Part shown: piece after piece, positions 26,359-38,877 of the stretch
How positions within the stretch are numbered: position 1 is the first letter of the stretch
Layout of the letters: every line of letters starts with the position of its first letter
NCBI GenBank assembly: GCA_004431415.1
Contig: QPMI01000591.1
Span: forward strand, 35,535-99,534
Direction of reading: 5' to 3'
Length of the DNA: 64,000 nucleotides
Source of the DNA: Cyanophora paradoxa CCMP329
Taxonomy: Eukaryota > Plantae > Glaucophyta
The notes under the pieces: model-generated
What the model was told of the DNA's origin: nothing
Seen by the model: the letters and a program-made list of their open reading frames with translations, nothing else
Databases searched by the model: none
Program-made: the position numbers and the translations under genes

Positions 26359-29300
26359 ACTCCTCTTCCGCTGACGTCGCGTCCGCGCGACGTAGCCAGT
26401 CAAACCGTGACTCTCGTCGGCATAACCGCAAGAGGGCGTCCCCAACACCGCCGATGGGTGCGCCGCTCAAGGGCACCGGCAGGCCCCATGACGAGGAACC
26501 TGAGCCACGGCCCGGGGACAGGAATGCATACAGCTGCAGGCCAGGCAGAAGGCCAGGTAGCTGTAGATCGATCCCGTCCAGGTCGTATGCAAGGCATGGC
26601 AGGTGAGGCAAATGCGTGCATGCGGGAAAGCTCGAAAGGGAAAAGCATAAAAACTCGAAAGGTGTAAACGCTGGCCCAAACTCACTCCAAACGGCGAGAG
26701 CCGAAGGAGAGTGGCACGGATGGGAAGTTTCACCGCCTCGGGAAGAAACCAGCGAGGAGGTATCCGGGCCACCCATCAGGCCCAACGAAAGGACAGGGCA
26801 CGTCCCAACGTCCCGTACTCGCAAGCGCCCAGTCCCCCCAAGAGACTCGCAAGCGCCCAGCAGGCCAACGTTGAGACACTCCCCCCAGAGCGCCGGGCCC
26901 ATGTCCCAGAAAAGTGAACGAAAGACCCAGATGGCACCCGCGACGGTCCCCCAACCGAATCGCGTTCCACCTCGCAAGTCAGGGTCGAGGCAAAGCGAGC
27001 AAAGAACTCTGCCCCACGGCGCAGCGATCGCAAGTGGCATCGGGGCAAGGTATAGATTGGTTCGGGTTGTTTGGTTGGGGAAGGGTCTGCTGAAGCTTGT
27101 TGCAATTGACCGTCCGGTTCGCACGCCTTAAAGGCGGGGTTTGCGACTGCACATGCAGACTTCCGATCCACAGCCAGCTGCAGCGTGCAGCTGCGTCGAG
27201 CGGAGTATTTGAATCCAAGCTCAGACGGCGTTGGCGCAGCTGATGTGGATTCATGAAGCGTGCAGTCGACGTCGATGTGAGCGGCGACCTTGTATGCGCT
27301 TGCACGTGCGTCTCGAGCTCGAGCTCGGGACCAGGTGCACGCAATAAAGGTACGAGCCCTTGAGCCGCACATCATCGAAGAGTAGAAATGCTTCGACGAT
27401 CCCGTGACTGCTTTGGCGCTCCTGTCGAGGTCGCGCAGCTTGCAGTGCAGGGTCCAATCCGCGCGGCTCCCGGTTCTGATCGCTGGGGCCACAGGGTGCA
27501 CAGCTCAGCAGCTGCACCCTCGTGGTTGGATCACGAGGCCGACGTGCGAGTTGCCGAGCTCAACGCCTCAGCTGATCGCGGGCGAGCAGCCCTTCGCGAC
27601 TGTCGGTGGGAGCATGCAAGGTTGGAGCTCGTGAAGCATACGCCAGGCCGTCAAGCACGCGCTACGGCGTGATCATGAGGGCTGCAGTGTACGCGTGTAC
27701 GTAGAGCCGCGGCGCGGGATTCCCTGGAGGAGGTCCGGGTCCCTTGGCGGACGTACATCAGTGTACGCTGGTACTGGCGCTGTGTGTGGCCTGGGGCGAG
27801 AGATGGGGCGAGGACCCGAGACCGAGCCCTCGCGTTCGCGACGCGCGTGACATCGCAGCGCTCAGCTGCTGGCGATGAAGCCAGGTGTCGACGCTCCGGC
27901 TAGACGCGGCCGTCAATCGAAGACGCGCGTGCTGGCCGCGAATCCCATCAGTCGTTCCCTCGGCCTGGTCTTCCTGGGATCCGGCCGCAGCCAGGCTCGT
28001 TGGCGAGCTTGGCGGGTCATGATCACGGGAAGGGGTTCTGCAGCGATCCGCGAGACTGCATATTCGCGGTGCCGAGACCCTCGGATTTGCGACCGATTCG
28101 CCAGCCTTCGCCGTGGGCTCGTTTCGATCGCATCCCAATACCAGGCGATCAGGCGAAGCTGACGAACGGCGAATCCTTCAGAAATTCAGGTCCCTTGATC
28201 GGGGATCCGAATTCGAATTCGTGTTCTGTGCGTAGCCAGACCGCGACACGGCGTGCAGTCGGCTGCTGAGATCCGATTCCGATCCTTAGGAGGCCGCATC
28301 GGTGAGTAGTGCGAGCGAGTGCACTGGCCGTAGCTGGGCTCTCAAGCTCTGTCGAAACAGCACTTGCCAGTCCGTTCCGGACACGGTCACGGGCTGTGCA
28401 CGTAACAACAGGGCCTGAGGGCCATCAGCCCCAGTAGCATCGCCACCGATGGGTTTCCGAGGCGGAATGTGGTTCGCCAACGGCGAGACCTGGATCCCGG
28501 CGAGCCGCCGCGTGAGGAGACCTCAAGGCGGTTGGCTAGGTTCGCTCGCTTGTGCTCGATCAGCCTGCAGACGGCAGCGCGCGCTGGGCGTACTGCTCCA
28601 CAGCAGGTCTAGGCGCGACGTCGACTGCATGCTCGAGTCTGATCATGATCCCGACTCCTCTTCCGCTGAAGAGGGAAGTCGGGGCGTGGCAGGCATACGC
28701 CGATCGGGGCTCAGGCGTCGGGCCAAGAGGCAGCCTTCGGCTCGAGCGCTTGTGCGCGTACTCCTCTTCCGCTGAAGAGCGGAAGCCGTAGCACGGCAAA
28801 CTGCCTCCGATGCCACTCCCTCTTCGGTTAAGCACCGTCCCGGTGCTCCACCGTACGCGTCTTCCGCGAAAATTTGGGCACGCTGAGGCCGCTGGGCCGG
28901 GGATCCGTGATTGGATCGGGACAGCATGGCCGTGGTGAAGAAATTCGCGAGTGTGGGTGGAAAGAACGGAGAGGCGTGATCGTACACGACCGTATCCGTC
29001 TTTCTTTCGTTGTATTCCATGGCGTCCCGGGCCGCTTTGCTCTCGATTCGGGCTCAATCGAGCTCGAGGGGCAAGCGTGAGCCGCGGGGCCAGAGCGAGG
29101 TTGAATGGATGCTGGCTTCGATTTGAATTGAGTTGTGGGCAACTGAGCAATTGCGTCGGCCGGCCACGATTGTGCCGGTCGCGAGTCAATCGCACTGCAG
29201 TGCTCGCCGTTCGAATTTCGCGATTCGATCGGACGCCAGTCGTGTCGAGCACGAGGGCATCGAGCCTTGGAGCTTCGAGTCTCGAGCGGTCGTCGATCGG

Positions 29301-32300
29301 CTCAAGGCCTGGGCCGAGCTTCCGAAACACGATTTTGCATATATAGCGCTCGGCTGTGTATGCTCGTGTCTGTTGGCCCGTGTTGCCGCTTTTCGCGGTT
29401 TTTAGGCCAGGCGCCGGGGCGCCATGCCAGCACCCAGATTTATGGGAGCGGCCTCAGTGAATGAAGCTGGTGACGGTGGGTGCGCCACTGCCGGGAATAA
29501 GATCCCGGGTCGCCACCGCCCAGCGCGAAATGAATTTGACAGCTATGTCGAACTCGTTCGCTCGCAGGAGCGCCAGCTGCATGCAGCCGGGCCCGCGTGG
29601 CTTGGTATGCGCGAACGTCCGATGGTCGGTCCGGGTTGCGGGGCAGAATTTGAGAAAATCCGCGCCGCTGCTCGGGACGAGAGCCCGGCCGGCGGGTCGC
29701 CAGCGAAAATCGACGACTTTCGCCATGCTGGGCCCTCGCGAAATTTCGCGAGCCGAGAGGTACGAAATCGGCCGTGCGTGCACGGTCCGACGGTCTGGCC
29801 TTCTCGAGCGGGCCGCGTACGCGTAGCCTACATCTCGGTTCCGGATCCGAGCCGTGCGTGGCGTCGGGGCGGAATCGCGAGATCGAGGTCGACCGTCGGA
29901 CTCGGTGAGTCACAAGAGCCGTGACCGCTTTAGTAAGCGTCAGAACCAGGCTCAGCGGCTGGTCTGAGGCTGAGGATGATGCATATGCTTGGCCGAAGGG
30001 CCGTGCAATGGCCGGGCCACTTGGCATGGCCACGCACACGTGGGCGCGAAATTAAATTGCCGCACTCTGGTGCTGCAAACTTTTCGTGGCGTCGCGAAGT
30101 GATTCGCATGCACAGATCTAGAGGGCCCGGGAAACGTCCGGCGCGAAGATTGTGCACGCGGGCGCCCTCACGTCCGCTGGCGTGCGCCGTGACGGCCTCG
30201 CCACCGCAGCAGCCGGCCACGGGCGTGCACTGCGGCCGCGGGCACAAGTGCGTGTGCAGGGCGCGGCTGCGCATGCCGTGGTATTGATGGCTGGGCGCCA
30301 GCCGCCGTACGTAGTGTAGCAGCACCACAGGGATCGGCAGGTGGGCGCCGCGGCGTGCAACCGACGCGATTGGTTCCCAGCTGCAGGAGCGGGACCGGTA
30401 GCGGCCGGTTGCAGGAGCCGTGCTCGTGCATACGAGCGTCAATATCGTGCCGACGATATCATGCACGATCGCAAGCGTTCCCTTAGCGGACCGGGGCCGG
30501 GCCCCGGTGCTCTCGAGAGAACTGACGATAGAGCTCTCGCTCGCTGTCTCGCAGTGGGCCGTGGCGGCTTTTGAGAGAGCAGACGATGAAGCTCAGCGGC
30601 TTTTGCTCGCTGTCTCTCGTTGGCCGTGGCGGGTGTTCCGGAGTGTGAAGCCGGCAGATTCCACCAGCTAGGTGGGAACGGCTTTCCGAAAATTGGATAC
30701 CGTACGCGTGGCTTGTGCACGGGCCAGCCACTAGGGCTCGCTGTCGCGCAGATCGAGAACGGGCTGGGATCATCGGATCCGGCGCCGCGCCCACGGTCCC
30801 GAATCATTGAATTCCGAATTCGAATTGCGATGCTTTCGAATTTGGGTGCCGCAGTGCGGTCGACAGGTTCGCTTCGCTCGGTAGCGAATTACGATTTCTG
30901 CAGCTCATGCAGTCTTCCCTGCCTCATCCTCTCTCCCACCGCGTTTTAGCGGGAGGTCGAGGCATGAGCGTGCCGCAAGGCGGGTGGGGCTGAAGGCCGC
31001 GTGCGCAGGCTTGGCGGCGAGCGGCCGTGCCGAGCCCTGGGCCTGCCGCCGTGCGGTCGCGTGTAAATTTTGCGGGCCGGTCTGCGAGCCCTGAAGGCTG
31101 CGCTACGGTGCGAAAAATGCCTGCAGCCAGCACCAGCTGCAGCATCGCCGGGTTTGGCGAAGTGGTGCACAGGTTCCGGCTCAGGGCGGCGGCAATGCTC
31201 TTTTCGAGCTAGCGCTGCCTTGGCGGCGCAAATCGCGACCGTACATTCGATTGCTGGATCGGCGCTCTGTAGCACGGCGCTCCATTACAGCGCCTCATCA
31301 GCGCTCGCCGAGCGGCGTGCCGGCGTTGGCAGAGAGAGCCGGGCGCTGTTCAGCGCAGCCGATCGTCCGTTCGCGATCGCGAGTCGACGTCGTTTCGCGA
31401 GTCGGTCCGGGCCGCGGCCGTAACAGCGAGGAGCCCGAGCCACGGGGCCGTGTGCGCAGCCTCTTTGGGAAAGCTACCGCATAAGGGCTCAGGCTTCGAA
31501 TTTTTCGCTGCGCTCAGCTCGGCTGCTCAGCGGCTGCATCCGATATCCGGTCGCGATATCGATGCATATGCTGTACATGTGGGCCTGGCCGGGGCTGAGA
31601 CCCGCGCCTGCAACACACACGTGCACGTGCACGCGGTTTATGCAAGGTAGGGCTAGCCGTTTAGTTTTGTTTAACGGTTGCAGCCTTTATTCCCGCTGGC
31701 CATGGTGGCTGCGGCTTGAATATTTGTGGCGCTCGCGATCGGTGTCCGTGTCCACGGCCACGCGATTGCACGTGCAAAGACTTCACGGGGCATACTGCCG
31801 TGAGAAGCCAGGACGTCGTGCGCGACTCGACAAGCGGCTCTGGGGCCCGCTGGACGTGGTAGCGCTGGCCCACGCGTGGGAGCCCGACATTCGATTCCAG
31901 TCGCGAGCTTGACGCTCGCAATTGGCCTCGGTCTCCCTGGGACTCGGGAGGACGAGTCGAGCCCGTTGCGAGCTTCGATATCGATTCGCGTTTGGGCCGG
32001 GGGCCACAATCCGCGTTCTCGTAGGGGCGAGGCCCTAATTCACAGCTTTGCGACGTCCAGCGATCGAGCGTGATCGTGGATTCGCGACGCGGATATTCGC
32101 GGGGCCTAGGCTCGCCGCGAATTTCGCTGGGCTCGTGGCCGTGCCGGTTTTCGCAGGGCAGGCCGGTGCGGCCCGGTGGGGCTGGAATTCCGATGCGGGT
32201 CGCCACAGGCGCTTACGAGGAGGCCCTGGGGCGAGAGGCTCGCGAGGGGACATGCCAGGCGAGGGCTGAGGGCGGCCTGAAATTGCGACTACTCCGATCT

Positions 32301-35300
32301 CAGGCCTCGCAATTGCGCGGGCTCGAATGTGACGGGCCGTCCGTCAGATACGGGCTGGCCGGGCACTCCGAGGCTCGGAATATTCGATCGCGAATCTTTA
32401 GTCCGGTCCCGATTATCGGATTTTCGCGATATCGAACGGGCACGGCTTCCGCAGTGCCAGCCCGGCGGTGGGGGCGGTCTAGATCTGGCAGAAGGGAGCC
32501 TGAGCTGCGAGCCCGGGCAACCTCAGACCTCAAAAGGGCCGAGGGCCGCCTGCGATCGCAGCTGCTCCAAACCCGATCGCGAAGCTCGCGATCATCGGAT
32601 AGTCGTTCCTTGCGATCCAAATTCGCAGGCCGGCACCCTGAATCGGGGCAACGATTGCAAATTGACGGATCTCGATTATCGGATTCTCGCGGGTCATCGG
32701 ACCCCATACGCATGGCCAGGCACGTGCACGGCAGCCACGGGCGGGCTGGAGCGCGTGCAGCGGGCTCTGGGTTTAAATCCGAGCGAGCTAGCGTAACTCT
32801 GATCGTGAGCTCAAGCTCGCCTTGCAATTGGCCGCGGGCCAGATAAGAGGCGGCTTGAGGCGAATTCGAAGCGCAGTGCCCGAGCTCCGAGGCTCGTTCA
32901 CTGGCCGGGCTCGGAATTGGCTTAGTTGAACCGTTCAACGGTTGGCCACGCGCATCGGGGCGCCAGGCGCATTGGACGCTTCGGCGCGGGGCGCGGGTGC
33001 CGCTGTCAGCTTCGGGCCCTGCCAGGCTGAGGGCAGGGCCTCCGGGACGCAGCCGCCAGCTGTTCGCAGGCAATTGCAAGCGCCGATCGCTGGCTAAGCC
33101 CGTCCTCTGGATTCGAGGCCAGGGACCGCAGCTACTACTGCGGGTAGCTGCGGAGGACTTCCAGGGCTCAGCGGCAAGCTGGCTGTGGCCATGGACTGCG
33201 GGGCCTCGGGCCGAGGGGCGAGGGCCGTATACGCATCGGCTTGAATATTTACAGGCGTTCGCATGGCCGTGCGATCACGATCTGCGCCCACCAGCCGCCG
33301 CGGTGCGGGTGGGGGGCAGAGCCAATATGCCATGATGCCTGGGGCCGGGCCGGGTGCCTCCGCCTCTGAGAGAGGGCGAGACTCAACGGGCTCAGCGGCT
33401 CCGAGGCTCGAGTTCGAGGTCACGAGGCAGGCGGTCGCGACGTCGACGTCGACAGCGGGCCGGCGCCGTGCCGCGTGCACGGCGCTGTCGTAAGCGTGTA
33501 CGTACACGTGACCAGCTTCGATCTCGAGCCGAGGGCGATCCCACGTTCACCGATCGGAGGCCGAGGCCGGGTTGGAACTTCGGAATTCGAAGTTCGAATT
33601 CAAGGCCCGCGATTTTGCGATCGGTCACCCGGGTCGGCGTAGGGCTGTGACCCGGCTTTGCAGCGCTCCTTGCTCGCAGCGGCGCGAGAGACGCTGTTCT
33701 CAGGCCTCTGGAGGCTCGTAGCGGCGCGAGATACAGGGCCGAGGCCTGGGGACCGTCGGACCGGGTACCGCAGGCCGACCGTGAGGCACGGCATTTTGCA
33801 TGCGGGAACTCGACGGATCCCGAAGTCGCAGCACGCGAGATCAGCCATGGGCTCGATCCGTGCGCTGTGATAAGCGCCCTTGGTCCGGGCGTGCTGCGCA
33901 GCTTCGCAATCGCTCCTCTGACCATGGGGCCGGGCCCGGCCGGCTCGAACGGCAGCTCGGTGATGCGAACGGCAGCTCGGCGGTCGCGATCCCTGACCGC
34001 GAAGGCGAGGGCAACCGCGAGGGCGAGTCGCTGATCGTAATTCGATGGGGCCCGGCGGCCGAGACCGCGACCGACGGGTGTCGGCGGCCGAGACCGGAAC
34101 GGCTTCGAATTTGTGCCTGGCGAAGCTCCAGACTCAGTTCATAAATTGAAACCGGGCCTTGGCACTGCCAGTCGCTCGCAGGCCTAGGGCTCAGCGGCTG
34201 TGGAGCCTCGGAGGCCTAGGCTGGGCAGCTCTGAGCCGTGGTGCACGTGCACGTGCTCGTGCACATGACTTCCGGCCCTCAGCTCGCGGCTGAGCTCGAG
34301 CTGTACCCGCTGGCCCATGGCACGTGCACGCAGCGGCAACGTTAACGGCGGGAGCCGAACTCGCAGTGCCAGCAGGTCCTGATCATGAGAGCCGAAATCG
34401 ACTCGTAACCGGATCCAGGGCTCGGAAGCGAGCTCGAGCTCGATCGCGAGGCGCCGGGCCGGGCGGGCCGCCGGGCGTTTGAGCTGGCACAGTGGCGGCT
34501 TGCTCCGAGGCTTAGTCAACCGGGGCCCAGAGCGTCGACGTCTCGCTCGAAAAGCAAGCGTGAGCTTCGGGGTCCGGCCCGGCAGATCCGGGTCTCGGCC
34601 TGACAGCTTCCAGTCCGGATCGGAGAGCCTCGGGATCCGGAGTTGAGAGCTTGCATCGAGCAGGCCATGGCCAGGCCAGGTGCTGGCTCGCAGTGAGAGG
34701 TGCGCCGCGCGGCGCCCTCAATCTTGGGCCAGGCCCGACTGCGCATGCGGGGCGTCTTGCGCTTTTTGCGACAGCTGTAGGCAGAGAGCCTCAGCAACTC
34801 GGGTCCCTTTCGAGCCTGGGGCTCGTGACGGCGTGATTACGGTTTGAGCCGCGGGCCGGAGCTCGCCTCTCGAGCTCGAATCCGCAGTTGATATCGCCGT
34901 CGGCGCTAGCGCTAGCGCTAGGCTCGAGCTCGAGCTCTCGAGGACCATGGGGCCCATGCTAGGTAGCCAGGTGAACCTCGAGCTCGGGGGCCGCATGGGC
35001 CGGCTGTGCGTGAAACGCGCCACTCTCCGAGGCTCGACGAGCCTCAGAAGTGCAGGCCGGGCCTCTAGCTCCGGGCCTGGTCGGGTAGCGGCTCGAATTC
35101 GAGCATCAAGGCCTCAGGATGCCGACCGGCGCTCCCGAATGCAGCACGCAGTGCTGCGGGAAGACCGTCGGACAGGCCTAGGGGCCGGTTGCGAGGCCTG
35201 GCGGCCCTGATCCGAGCTTGAAGCTCGTGCGGGGTAAATTTCCAATTTCGCAGTCAAGGCCCCGAAGGAGCTTGCTGCGAAACCTAAACGCTCAGCCTGG

Positions 35301-38300
35301 CTCTCGATCGCGACTGCAGTCGAGAAGCCTGGCAGCTTCGAGGCAGGCAGTCGCAATCGCGATGGGGTTCGCCGGTCGTGCGTGGGCCCGGCATCAGGGC
35401 ATCAGCTCTGGCCCTCTCGAGCGTCTGGCGCGCACCCTTGAGCTCGAGCTCTGAGCTCGAGGCTAGGGGCTCTAGCCGCCGGTCGCAAAGCCGGCTGGTA
35501 GCTCGATATGCGGTTCAGCACTAGCGGATTCCAAAGCGGCGATAGCGGCCGGATTGGAGCCGGATGCCAGTTGCAATCAGCCGGGGCCGACATTAGAGCT
35601 TAGCTCTGCGGCCCAAATTACAGCTGGAGCCGGAAGCCGGAAGTGGGCCCAAATTACAGCTGGCCGCTGGGCGTTCGAGGCGGCCGATGCCGCCCGACCC
35701 AGAGCTTACTTAGTGGAACTCAGTGTCCGGTGCCATGTGCATGCCGGCCATGGGCTGGCCTGGCACGGCAGACCCCGGAACTCCGGCTTCGAATTCCACC
35801 CGATGCGGATATCGATCGGGAGTCAGCCGGTCCTCGGGATCGGCCGGCGAGCGCCAGTGGCGCGTGTTGTACTCGTCCCAGGGCTGCCACCTCAGGGCAG
35901 GGCCGCGGGGAAAGATCTCGTCAGGGTGCAGGGGCCGCGGCTCGGCGAACCCTCGAGCGCCCCACCGACGAGGTCCAGTCTCTGAGCGCTTTGGGACTTC
36001 CTCGGCAAGCGCGAGGGGAAAGTCGTTGGCGTCACAGGCGTCCGGCGGGGCGGGCCCACCAGGCGGCGACTCGTCGCCGGCCTTGCCGGAGCGTCCCGGC
36101 CGGGGTCGTCGGGCATCCCCTCGTCAGAGGGAATTTCGCGCTCCTCAGCGGCGGGGGCCCGGCCGGGCCCGGCTCTCGTTGCTTCGGAGCTTGAGGCGGC
36201 GGGGCTGGCCCAGGCACCGTCGGCGCAAAGCGTTCTGGCCACAGGGCGGCCTGCGGCCGCGCCTGCTTGCACGTGGCGGGGGCCTTGGCCTTAAGCTTCG
36301 CGAACCCCGCAGACGCGGCGAGCTTGGCGAGCTCAGCGGCTCGCGGGGGAGGCGTTGCGAGGCGCGTTTGAATTCGATTTTACAGCTCGAGCTCGTGATC
36401 TTGCATATGCATGATCAGATGCATGATCATGATCAGCAGCTCGCGTACTGTGCACGTGCATACGCATGCGGTACTGCCGCGGCTTGCCATCGATATCATG
36501 ATCATGGCGTCACACCCCCTTCTTGCTAGCACCGTCCGCGGTGCTCCGCGAGAGAAGGTGTCACGGTGTGCCAGGTACCGGCTAGCTGCAGCTGCCGCAA
36601 GCTTGAGCTCGAGGCAGACGGCTAGCGCATAGCTAGTGCACAGCGGAATGCGAAAGATAAAGCGGCTCGAGCCCCTGAGGGCCGCGCTATCGATATCGAT
36701 ATCGCTTCACGGCTCAAGCTCTTGATCATGAAGTGAGCTCGAGACCGCGTCTCATAGCTAGGCCTTCAGCTTATAATTGATCAAGCTTGAGCCTTGCGTC
36801 GACGTTCGATGTGTGTGCCGCTGGCGCCGAGTGCATCACCGTCACCGCGGCGTTGCGTCGGATCCGAGGCCATGGCCAGCGTGCAGGCGCTCATGATCAT
36901 GATCAAGAGTTGAGGCCGAGAGAAGCATCAGCCGAGGGAAGGCTAATGCTCTCAAGCTCGAGATCTTGGCCATGGCGGGGCAAGAGGGCCCTGCCTGCAG
37001 GCAAGGCAGCAGGTGGGTCCGCTCTGCAGTCGGTGCCCTTGAGCTCCAGGTCTTGAGGGCATTCTCAGGTCAAGCGACGGCGTAAAGCCACGCTAGTCCA
37101 TGAGATAATGTGCCTCACTCGAGATCCGAGGCCGTCGTGGTCCACAGCAGCGGCGAGCAAGCTCGGCTGCGGCGATTCTGGAGACAGCTCGGGCGCGCAC
37201 GCCTCAGCCATCGATCCGATCGCTCTTCCTCTCGCCCGGAAGGAACTCGGGCGCGCGGCCTCAGTTCTCAATCCGGTCCACTCGCCGGAAGGAACTCGGG
37301 CGCGCGGCCTCAGTTCTCGATCCGGTCCACTCGAGCTTGTCCAGCACGATCGCAACAGCCGTAGAGGGCTGGCGTCGCGGCGAGTGACTGGCGACCGACC
37401 GGGAATAGCACCCTCGGGCTCGCACGGCAGCTCGCGCAGGCGGCGTCGACGAATCCGACCGGGAATAGCACCCTCGGGTATTCGCGCGCGGGCCTGGCTT
37501 CCACAGGACTAAGTTCTGGCCGTCGTAACCGCGCTGAGCCAGAACCTCAGCCCGCGGCCGTGGGCGCCAGGCTAAGCCACGCGGCTGCCCCCACGTCTCC
37601 TCCAGATCCGCTGAAGGATCTGCGGGCGAGCGGCTCGCCTGGCTCTCTATAGCTGGCCAGCGACCGCCCGCGCTTTGTGGGGCGCGCGCGGCGCAGGCGA
37701 GGTCCGAGCCCGTACGCGTCCAGTGCCAGGATCAAATCTGCCGACCCCAGCAGATCAAATCCCAAGGGCGAGGGCCAGGCGCGCACCCCGAGGGCCGTGC
37801 GCGTGCGCTGCGCCAGCACAGGCCGTGAAGAACTCCGGCGCGAAGCGCTGGGCTCGGAGTGCAAGGCTAGCGAGAGCCAGCACAGCCGATCGACCAGACT
37901 CATGCACGCCTCGGTCCAGGGCGAGGCTCGCCAGTCGCCGGTCGTCGTAAAGGTCTTCTTTTATCTGCTCGAGGCCGTACGCGCGGCGCTGCGCGGCGGG
38001 GCGCGCGTACGGGCATGGGCGTCGAGGTTGTCCCTCGGGGATCTGGACAAGATCTGCGGCGTCCGTCGGCGAGGGCGACGGGAGGGCGCGTCCGACCGCA
38101 TTTATCGGTTCTCCAGAGCTAGTTCTACGTTTCCGGTGCGCTGACGGAGAGCCTGGCGGCTCGCTGAGGCTGATCGCTGTGTGCGTATCGATCGCACGCC
38201 GATCCGGGCCCGCCGGTGCGCGGGGGTCGCCGATCGGCACTGAAACGATGTTTCTAGAGCTACTAGCGATGCGTGCGCATCGCTGATGGTCGCCGAAGAT

Positions 38301-38357
38301 GACGGGCTGATGCTGTCGGAGGCTGCCCACGGGCCCAGTTCCGTGAGCAGTGGCGCC

Positions 38358-38639
38358 TGTCGGATGAGAGGATTCCCACCCGATTAGGCACCCGCGCAGT
38401 ACTGCGCGGGGCCGGCTCCCTGTGCTGGAGCAGCTGTAGATGCAGGCTGGTGTATTCACTGTGTACCCGGAAGACTACTGACTCTGTACCCCTAAGACAG
38501 GTAGAGGCAGGCCAGCGTAGGCTACCGAGAGGTAAGCCTACAGGAAGAGAGACTATGCCAGGGCTCTCAGACTACGTCAGGCACCAACTAGCTCTAGTCA
38601 CTAAGTCACCGCAAGGCCTGGGAATCGAGCCAGGCGACA
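38358..38639 (-). repeat. 5' LTR (282 bp)
   Basis: Identical by eye to 26077-26358; followed by the TSD CCAAT. Confidence 0.95.
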
Positions 38640-38877
38640 CCAATACCTCACGTACGCGTGCACGCTCCCCGCCCTTGCACGCGAATTCGAACCTGTTGTC
38701 ACGGTGATAATGATCATCGATGCGCGTCACTTTTGTCGCGTCGATATCGATGACGCTTGCGCATCGAAGCAGCTGTGTCTGAGCCGACCTCACGCGTCGC
38801 CCTGACACCGCCCCCTGACACCGCTCCGACAATATTATTTTGAACAATTCCATAGATAGTTGAACAGCCGCGATGGG

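Larger units (their letters stand above)
26077..38639 (-). mobile_element. 12.56-kb LTR retroelement without recognisable gag/pol (LARD-like, non-autonomous)
   Basis: Two 282-bp LTRs with TGTCG...CGACA termini; 5-bp TSD CCAAT (26072-26076, 38640-38644). A polypurine tract AGCGGAAGAGGAGT on the minus strand abuts the left LTR, and a PBS-like GGCGCCACTG abuts the right LTR on the minus strand. No RT/IN motifs seen in internal ORFs. Confidence 0.92.

Noticed and set aside
26359-38357. gag/pol or other real genes among the many ORFs inside the LTR element
   Set aside because: No YxDD, DDE, zinc-knuckle or protease motifs; the ORFs look like GC-rich chance frames. A decayed ORF near 37.5-38.1 kb cannot be excluded.
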